Source: Saccharolobus solfataricus (GTDB taxonomy: Archaea; Thermoproteota; Thermoprotei_A; Sulfolobales; Sulfolobaceae). From it: 32,000 nt of DNA. Location of the stretch: NCBI RefSeq assembly GCF_900079115.1, contig NZ_LT549890.1, forward strand, positions 2,940,001-2,972,000. Reading direction: 5' to 3'. Positions 25,472-32,000 of the stretch are shown here, in pieces. The translations under genes and the position numbers were made by a program. The first letter of the stretch is position 1, and every line of letters begins with the position of its first letter. The notes beneath the pieces were generated by a model. That model worked only from the letters and a program-made list of their open reading frames with translations, was not told the origin of the DNA and did not search any database.

Positions 25472-25840
25472 ATGAGAGTTTCTAAATCAAAAAAACCTAC
25501 TGAAATATGCCCAATAGTTTCCGCGATAGCTATAATTGGAAGCGAACCAAAGCTTTTAACAATAAGGTACTTACTTGATGGACCTAAACGATTCAACGAA
25601 CTTCAAAGGCTTACCTCATTAAGCTCTAAAACTCTATCAAAGACCTTAAAAGAATTGGAAAATCATGGAATAGTTGAGAGAAAGATTATAAACTCCCATC
25701 CAATTGTAGCAGTTTACGAATTAACAGATAAGGGTAAGGATCTGAAGAGAGTATTTGATGAACTCAGAAGATGGGGAGAAAAATTCGCTCTAACCAAAAT
25801 TGCTGTAATGAATAGTATACGCGTAAACCAAGAGTTTTAA
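25472..25840 (+). CDS. HxlR-family winged-helix transcriptional regulator
   Basis: CPIVSAIAIIGSEPKLLTIRYLLDGPKRFNELQRLT.LSSKTLSKTLKELENHGIVERK...VYELTDKGKDL matches the HxlR pattern. Confidence 0.85.
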   Translation: MRVSKSKKPTEICPIVSAIAIIGSEPKLLTIRYLLDGPKRFNELQRLTSLSSKTLSKTLKELENHGIVERKIINSHPIVAVYELTDKGKDLKRVFDELRRWGEKFALTKIAVMNSIRVNQEF

Positions 25841-26095
25841 AATCAAAATGAAATAGTTGAAAGAATAAAATAAAGGACTATTTACTGATGGAAATATTAT
25901 GATATAATTAAAAGAACGAGATACAAATTCCATTCCAAATATTAGGAAATTTTTAATTTCTTTGTATGATTATTAGGTAAATTACTTCATATATTGCAAT
26001 TTATTCATAATTAATCTATCTTTTCTTGTTTCTCCTAAAGTGGAACATGTCTCGAAACGGGATCCTTAAAAGAACCAAACACTTACTATATATCA

Positions 26096-26584
26096 ATGAA
26101 AACATCCATACTAGCCTTAACCCTAGTGGGAGCGTTCCTAGCGGGGTTAGCAACTGCCGGTGTAGCTGGTTACGGACCATTAGCGTACATATCATACCAT
26201 ATTATGGTAAGCCAACAAAAGGGCCAAGCACAAGTGATACCAGCATATATTAATTTAGGTAATCTGACTGCTGGAGAAAAGGGTAATATAACTGCTACTG
26301 CAGCAATCAATATTTCGACTAATGGAACATATACCATAGACTTACTGCATGCTGATAAACTTCAAAAGATCTTTAGCAATTTCACAGTAGAATTAAAGAT
26401 AAACAATTATACCATAATACTTACGCTAGAAAATGATAGTGCACATGTTAGTCTAGTAAACGGATCTTACAACGTTTCAATATTAATAATTTACCAGGTA
26501 TCCCAACATCCTAGCGGAGATTTAAACGTCAACAATGAACCACTACTGATTATACATCCACAAGGCGAAGATAATAACAGCTAA
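26096..26584 (+). CDS. Small secreted, sequon-dense beta-rich protein
   Basis: 162 aa. The signal-like N-terminus is MKTSILALTLVGAFLAGLATAGVAG. About 10 N-x-S/T sequons follow in about 135 residues. There is no C-terminal anchor. Confidence 0.65.
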   Translation: MKTSILALTLVGAFLAGLATAGVAGYGPLAYISYHIMVSQQKGQAQVIPAYINLGNLTAGEKGNITATAAINISTNGTYTIDLLHADKLQKIFSNFTVELKINNYTIILTLENDSAHVSLVNGSYNVSILIIYQVSQHPSGDLNVNNEPLLIIHPQGEDNNS

Positions 26585-26594
26585 AAGGTAATTA

Positions 26595-26650
26595 TTTTTT
26601 GTTTTTAATCTTTAATTTGTTTTTATAATTATTTTTGTTTCCCTTTTCTT
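26595..26650 (+). terminator. Archaeal oligo-T terminator region
   Basis: Four T5-T6 tracts lie within 45 nt (26595-26600, 26602-26606, 26620-26624, 26632-26636), plus a further T4 tract at 26644-26647, starting 11 nt after the stop codon. Confidence 0.5.
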
Positions 26651-27068
26651 TAAAGCTCTATCACATGTAGTCCAGTTCTCATATAGTTCCTTATCCTCTT
26701 TTCTTAGCAGTCATATTGACTTATGAATTATAATCAACGACGTTTTTGGGAGTAAAGGTTAAGTTTGCTCACATTTCTACTTTAAGAGAGAGTAAATTAA
26801 ATTAACTTTCCTTTAAATTTTCTAATGCTTTGAGGTTCTATGCAAGAGCTGGTTTACAATGGTATATAGTTAAAAGAGAGGGCTGAAAATGAAACTTGGA
26901 GTGGAAAAATTGTTGCCAGCTTATTAAAAACCAAGTGGAGCATTATCGTAGCTGAGAAAACATAGTCCAGTCCTTAATTCTAGCTTTAGTGCGACGTATT
27001 TTGTGAAAAAATCGCTTGATTTTTGCATGTTTCAAAACATTTTTATTCATAAAATGAGAGTTTTCATT

Positions 27069-27329
27069 ATGGCTGTAGAGTTTAACGAAAAAGGTGTTAC
27101 GATAAAAATACCTACATTATCTACTTCCATTTCGTTCTCTAAAGATCAAATAGAAAAAGTTGAAGAAGTAGTTCCCCCAGATGAGATATGTAGATTCGCT
27201 AGAAATAGTGGAGTTATATTTGCTGGAAGCACGATAGATGGTAAGGTAATGTACTTTAATGTGAAGAAAGGAGAGAGATGCTTATTATTAGTTCTAAAGG
27301 ATGGAAGGAAGGTCTATATTGGAACGTGA
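27069..27329 (+). CDS. Small hypothetical protein (86 aa), possibly a PH-like beta fold
   Basis: I prefer the ATG at 27069 (MAVEFNEKGVTIKIP...) to the GTG-extended 27003 ORF. No motif is recognised. Confidence 0.45.
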   Translation: MAVEFNEKGVTIKIPTLSTSISFSKDQIEKVEEVVPPDEICRFARNSGVIFAGSTIDGKVMYFNVKKGERCLLLVLKDGRKVYIGT

Positions 27330-27335
27330 AAATAT

Positions 27336-28115
27336 CTAGCTAATTAATTTAACTTTCTCATTATTTATTTTTGTTAGAAGAATTTTAATTTCATTGAATC
27401 TAAGCGAATCTTTATGAACATTAACTCCCACTTCGTTAAACATTTTTATAATGTTATCATCTATTCCTACTAGCCCCCATCTTGGGATAATATACTCATA
27501 ATCGTAATCTAAATTTGGTGTAATTACAGTTTTTTCTAGAATTTCCTTAGCCTTGTTCTTATTGTAAGAATATATGATATAAACCATGAAGGCGTCCAAT
27601 TCTTTTCTACTATCTAATTTTTCGATTACTTTATTGTAGGCTTTTTCTGCTGACACTCTAAATAGGCTTCTTAAATTTTCATATATCTTTATGAAGTCCC
27701 ATCCATATATATCTATGAGCTTCTTTACTGCTTCATCAGATATCGTATCATATATTTTTATGTTAAGTATAGAAATCTTATCAAAGGCATATTTTAAATA
27801 ATTATAGTCTGCACTACCACTTTTACTATCTTTCAAATAGCAAGCTTCCAATAAATCTCCATAAAAACCACCCACTTTTACTATACTATCGATTAGACTA
27901 TAAGTTACAATATCGGAGTATTTAGATAGTGGAATTATTTTATAATAAAAATAGCGATCCGAATTTATCTTATTGGCTAAAAAATCCCCTATTTCCAGCT
28001 TCGAAAAATCTACCTTCGAACCTAATTCGTTAATTAGCGATATTTCTCCATTTACTGAAGTCAATGTATAGTCATCAAATTCCACCTTATACTTCCTTTT
28101 TCCCTTAATTGGCAT
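27336..28115 (-). CDS. Hypothetical protein, 259 aa
   Basis: An uninterrupted ORF in a very AT-rich stretch. It is Lys/Ile/Tyr/Asp-rich with no recognisable family. Confidence 0.5.
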   Translation of the reverse strand: MPIKGKRKYKVEFDDYTLTSVNGEISLINELGSKVDFSKLEIGDFLANKINSDRYFYYKIIPLSKYSDIVTYSLIDSIVKVGGFYGDLLEACYLKDSKSGSADYNYLKYAFDKISILNIKIYDTISDEAVKKLIDIYGWDFIKIYENLRSLFRVSAEKAYNKVIEKLDSRKELDAFMVYIIYSYNKNKAKEILEKTVITPNLDYDYEYIIPRWGLVGIDDNIIKMFNEVGVNVHKDSLRFNEIKILLTKINNEKVKLIS

Positions 28116-28924
28116 TACGTTAGAGTGTGATGATTCTCATATAAAAATTTTTGTGAATAATAAGTTTTCTCGTATTAATCTTATTATATAAATGATATTG
28201 CTACAGCACATTTTTTCTTTCCATGTCTTGTCTCAGTTTGGGCCATATCCTTATTGCTTACGACTCTGCACTATCCGCTGATTAAATTATGGGTCCGATT
28301 ATAACATAAGGGTAGATATGCTTTGTGGATCTCTTCAATTTTTATCTGAGTTAACGTGGAGTTTATTTTTAAATCAAGGCTTGATTTCGGATTTAAGAAA
28401 AATTGATAAGCTTAACATCTTAGAAAATTGAAGTATTCAACAAAGCAGGATAGATAGAAATCTTTTAGAGTAAATAGCAAAACTTTTTCACCCTAAAATC
28501 CAATAATTTCCTTAGAAAACTTACGTACAATACCATTGAGTATGGACAAGAGTTTTCATTTAAAATTTAGTTTAAACTCCTCTAATACCACTTCGTTAAA
28601 TACTTCAATTATATAACAAAATTTCTGAAAGATAGTTTAAAAATAGCAACATCTTCTCTGTTAATGGTTAACTCGTATGCTGGATTGAAAATCATCTAAT
28701 ACTTTGTATGATTTATACTCTATTACTGAAATTGTTGTCCAAATTCATACTATTAGTCAAAATAAACTTCTATTCTTTCACCCTTTGTAACATGAAAAAC
28801 TTCCTCGTGAGGAAGAAAATATTTTGTAATATATCTCTTCCAAATTCTGAATTATTACACTTTCTAAGGAATAATATTCAAGCACTTAATCCAAGCTTAT
28901 TGTAAAAATATAAAACCTACTTTT

Positions 28925-30340
28925 TTATGTCGAGAATTGTTCTTCTTGAACAATTACCTCTTCCTTGCTTATTTCCTCTAAACTTTTGCCCTTAGTTTCT
29001 TTAACAGCTATTATTGTCACAATTGCGCCTACTAGTGATAGCGCAGAAAGCATTAGTAAAATATTCTTTATTCCCATTGAGGCTAAAAGTGAAGGGAATA
29101 GGTAAGTAGTTATTGCTGCCCCTAATTTGCCTGAAGCCGCACTAATTCCATGGCCAGTAGTTCTAGCCCTAGTTGGATAAGCTTCAGCTGGCAGTATAAA
29201 AGTCGTAGTATTAGGACCAAAGTCTATGAAGAAGAATGATAGTGCATATATCAAGAATCCAATTCCAGCTGGAATTGTCAAACCAACTACTTTAGTTCCA
29301 CTAACTATTAGGAACGAAGAAACAACTGCGTAAATTATAGTCATTAATATAAAACCTTGCAACTGTATGATTTTTCTCCCTAATTTGTCCATTAATGCTA
29401 CTGCAGTAAAGTAACCGAAAAATCCTACCATATATGGTAAACCTTGTTCCAATATTAAATTTGCTATACTAGTAGGTTTTCCTAATATCAATTGAGTTAT
29501 TGCACCAGAGTATATACCAGTTCCATAGAAAGCTATATCGAGAATAAACCACGGAACCGCAGTTCCAATAAGTATTAACCAATACTTGGAGAGGAATTCT
29601 GACAATGATAATGGTTTCGAATAAGCTCTCTTTTCTTCAATTTTTGCACCCAGGAACTCAGCAGCTTTCTTAGCCTCTTGAACATTACCTTTCACCAACA
29701 TTGAATATCTAGGAGTTTCTGGTGTTTTTCTTCTAAGGTAGATTACAGTCGCAGCCGGTATTGCACCTATGGCTGCCATTACTCTCCAAGAAATATCTAA
29801 GGGAAACGCTAGAACAGAACCAATACCAACTGAAACTGCAGCTAAAGAACCTAATCCTTGATTTGCAAAAACTAAAGCTATCAGCTTACCCCTATCTTTA
29901 ACATTAGCGTATTCACTCATTATGGTGGCAGAGATTGGATAATCCCCACCTATCCCTAAACCCATAATTGATCTGAAAATTATAAGCCAATATATATTAG
30001 GAGAGAGTGCGGAGAGTAAAGCACCTACTGTCATTAAAATTGCCTCAACCCCATATATTGCCTTCCTTCCTATTTTGTCACCTAGAAAACCAAATACTAA
30101 TTGCCCGATTATTGCAGCCCATAATGCTGAAGACGCTAAAAGACCTTCTGTTACGCTATTAAGTGGGAAATTAGGGTCATGTAACTGTAATAAAACATCT
30201 AGAATCGCACTTATTATGAATAAATCATAGGCATCAGTAAAAAATCCCATACCTGAAGTATACCAGACTTTTATATGATTGAAAGTTAACTTCAACGAAT
30301 CTATAGATCCAAAGGGTGTTTTTGAAATTCCTTTATCCAT
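28925..30340 (-). CDS. MFS transporter, Pho84/PHS-like (phosphate or metabolite:H+ symporter)
   Basis: 471 aa, 12 TM. The N-terminal GMGFFTDAYDLF motif is typical of the phosphate:H+ symporter family, and the MFS loop is GDKIGRK. Confidence 0.8.
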   Translation of the reverse strand: MDKGISKTPFGSIDSLKLTFNHIKVWYTSGMGFFTDAYDLFIISAILDVLLQLHDPNFPLNSVTEGLLASSALWAAIIGQLVFGFLGDKIGRKAIYGVEAILMTVGALLSALSPNIYWLIIFRSIMGLGIGGDYPISATIMSEYANVKDRGKLIALVFANQGLGSLAAVSVGIGSVLAFPLDISWRVMAAIGAIPAATVIYLRRKTPETPRYSMLVKGNVQEAKKAAEFLGAKIEEKRAYSKPLSLSEFLSKYWLILIGTAVPWFILDIAFYGTGIYSGAITQLILGKPTSIANLILEQGLPYMVGFFGYFTAVALMDKLGRKIIQLQGFILMTIIYAVVSSFLIVSGTKVVGLTIPAGIGFLIYALSFFFIDFGPNTTTFILPAEAYPTRARTTGHGISAASGKLGAAITTYLFPSLLASMGIKNILLMLSALSLVGAIVTIIAVKETKGKSLEEISKEEVIVQEEQFST

Positions 30341-30471
30341 TCTCCTTCATGCTTCTATAGGCTTCTTCTATTATATACTTTACCTATAAAATAAATATAA
30401 TCTATTGTCAACTATAGAATCTATATAGTACCCTTCTTTGCTTAAATATTAGTAAGCAAAATTAAAAATCT

Positions 30472-31632
30472 CTAGCGGAATATCTTATTTATAAGCAAAA
30501 TTAGAATAGTTAATAGAGAAGATATAATAGCTGCAAAAAGGAACGGTATGGGGTTTATACTTAGCGATAAGGATCGAGGCAAAGCAAAATAATATCCCTT
30601 GTCGAAAGTTATGAAGTATGTAGATCCCTTAGTAGTCACATATGGAGCATTAAACAGATTATAGTGCCCGCTGAAGCGATAAATTCCGGGATTGTTGACA
30701 AAAATTGAGTAGCCTAAGAAGAATTTGCCTTGCATAAAAATGAAACTAGGTTCTTCTATTGTTACATCGTGAATTGGCATATAAGTTATACTTTTGTTAA
30801 CTATTATTAACGCAGCGGTTGAGTTAACAATTACAAGCGATAAATTGTCTTCGATTAACGAGGATAACGCTATAAATGGCGTTTCTACTCCTTTAGTAGT
30901 TATTACAAGATTTTTGACAATTTCAACAGCAGGATATACTCGTTGATTCGAGATATTATAGACGTAAAATGTAAGATTGTTAAAATGTACTAATCCAACC
31001 TCTAAGACAGTTATACCATTAATGCCTCTAATTATGTCAATTTGACCTTCCGAGGAGTTAAATACCGTGACCGGTGCGTAAGTGTAGTTGTAAGTGAGTA
31101 TATAATATGAGGGATAAGAGAAAAAAGACGGTAGAGTGGTGTTTAGCTTTATTGTTTTTAAGATTTCAGTCTTAAAAATATATAAATTACTGATTTCTCC
31201 ATTATGGAGAACAACTTCTTCTCCCATTGGTATTATTGTATTTAAAGGAATTGGATTAGGATAGTTCATTACCCATATTGTTAAATTCAGAGGATTCATA
31301 TAAGGGATAAGAAATGACGCAGTAAGACCATTTGTTTCGAAACCACTCCATATTAAATAATTGCCTACAAATATTGAGAATATATTAGGTAAGTTTGTCG
31401 AAATATCCAAAGTCCAATTTGGGAAATATGATATCTGGAGTATATAATTAACTGAAGTTATATTTATTGGAGTTAGCTTCTCTTGTATAAGGTATGAGGA
31501 ATTGGAATAAGAGTAAAGGATCTCTGAGCCGTGAATTTGATACGAAGAATAGTTAACTATAACAACATTACCATGTGACATTAAAGGCGTAAGGAAAAGA
31601 AGAGTTAACGTGAGTAGTGATAATCTTCTCAT
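30472..31632 (-). CDS. Membrane-anchored extracellular glycoprotein, divergent paralogue of 24028-25431
   Basis: 386 aa. It has the signal peptide MRRLSLLTLTLLFLTPLMSHG, a C-terminal TM anchor and over a dozen sequons. Blocks shared with the 467-aa protein are NYSSYQIHGSEIL/QYSTYLIQNGESL, GINGITVLEV/GINGKIVGFVEV and TYFITFDKGYYFAL/LYLIAFEPAKAYYIVY. Confidence 0.7.
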   Translation of the reverse strand: MRRLSLLTLTLLFLTPLMSHGNVVIVNYSSYQIHGSEILYSYSNSSYLIQEKLTPINITSVNYILQISYFPNWTLDISTNLPNIFSIFVGNYLIWSGFETNGLTASFLIPYMNPLNLTIWVMNYPNPIPLNTIIPMGEEVVLHNGEISNLYIFKTEILKTIKLNTTLPSFFSYPSYYILTYNYTYAPVTVFNSSEGQIDIIRGINGITVLEVGLVHFNNLTFYVYNISNQRVYPAVEIVKNLVITTKGVETPFIALSSLIEDNLSLVIVNSTAALIIVNKSITYMPIHDVTIEEPSFIFMQGKFFLGYSIFVNNPGIYRFSGHYNLFNAPYVTTKGSTYFITFDKGYYFALPRSLSLSINPIPFLFAAIISSLLTILILLINKIFR

Positions 31633-31685
31633 AATACCTATATTGGGCTAAATATTTTAAACGTTATGAGTAAAAGAGTAATACC

Positions 31686-32000
31686 ATGAAGATTAATCTG
31701 TTACAATACATTGCTGGATTTCTAGGATTTATAGCATTATTTTACGGAATTTTCTCTTTAATTAGGGAATATCATTTTCTTGAAATCAAGTCCTTAGAAG
31801 TATTTGTATTAATCTTTTTTGGTTTTTTTGCCATCACATACGCGTTTACCGACAGAATTATGATAGAAAAACCATTTGCACTAACATTCGCCGTCATATT
31901 GTTCTACCTATCCCTTATTACTCCTTTACCTCTTACAAATAAAATACTATTAATTACTGGAGGGATCATTGAGACTCAATTGGCTTCAAGAAAAGGAGTA
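31686..32000 (+). CDS. Membrane protein, 3' end beyond window
   Basis: ATG at 31686, and the frame is open to the window edge (105 codons). Three or more hydrophobic helices. It is not in the ORF track because no stop is reached. Confidence 0.5.
   Translation, partial: MKINLLQYIAGFLGFIALFYGIFSLIREYHFLEIKSLEVFVLIFFGFFAITYAFTDRIMIEKPFALTFAVILFYLSLITPLPLTNKILLITGGIIETQLASRKGV

Noticed and set aside
28126-28140. gtgatga C-box-like motif just upstream of the 259-aa gene
   Set aside because: No D', C' or D boxes occur at compatible spacing.
28484-28790. Repeated 9-mer tttcaccct in the ORF-free stretch
   Set aside because: A single 9-mer repeat within 800 bp of AT-biased sequence is expected by chance.
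28708-28905. 65-aa ORF in the ORF-free stretch
   Set aside because: It is a Leu/Ile/Phe/Asn-rich translation of AT-rich DNA, with no start context and no motif.
1-32000. CRISPR array, rRNA or tRNA genes
   Set aside because: There are no regularly spaced direct repeats anywhere. The GC-rich patches (2380-2520, 2905-3058, 8340-8480, 23250-23390) do not show cloverleaf arms or a T-loop (GTTCRANTC) consensus, and two of them are IS ends.

Overview
AT-rich, densely packed archaeal chromosome. It looks like Sulfolobales, and the IS content (elements of 1438, about 1232 and about 1900 bp) fits Saccharolobus/Sulfolobus solfataricus-type genomes. This assignment is inferred from the sequence only. 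The left third (1-10.3 kb) is IS-laden: a decayed ~1.23 kb DDE element, an intact 1438-bp element with perfect 17-bp inverted ends and a 9-bp target duplication, and copy A of a ~1.9 kb IS607-family element (MerR-HTH serine recombinase plus TnpB). Copy B of the same element lies at 21.5-23.4 kb in inverted orientation. The pair brackets 11.25 kb of housekeeping genes: wrbA, a lipoylation cluster (two LplA/LipM-type enzymes, a stand-alone lipoyl-domain protein, lipA), a glcE/D/F-like FAD/Fe-S oxidase operon, two orphan genes, a CoA-pyrophosphatase-type Nudix, an ABC-2 exporter and a trmO-like gene. Copy B split the trmO-like gene. The displaced last 19 codons are still readable right after the element, which fixes the IS borders and a CC crossover dinucleotide. 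Both TnpB copies keep the RuvC D-E-D residues and the zinc ribbon, and both end in a GC-rich, hairpin-rich segment expected to be the omega RNA. The right third encodes a CBS protein, two divergent paralogous membrane-anchored, sequon-rich glycoproteins, an HxlR regulator, a small heavily sequon-decorated secreted protein, orphan genes, an ~800-bp ORF-free stretch and a Pho84-like MFS transporter. I found no CRISPR array, rRNA or tRNA. The best candidates for new biology are the RNA-guided TnpB/IS607 pair, the self-contained lipoyl-relay-like cluster next to an HdrD-like CCG protein, and several orphan or secreted proteins. All functional calls rest on motifs read by eye, not on database searches.
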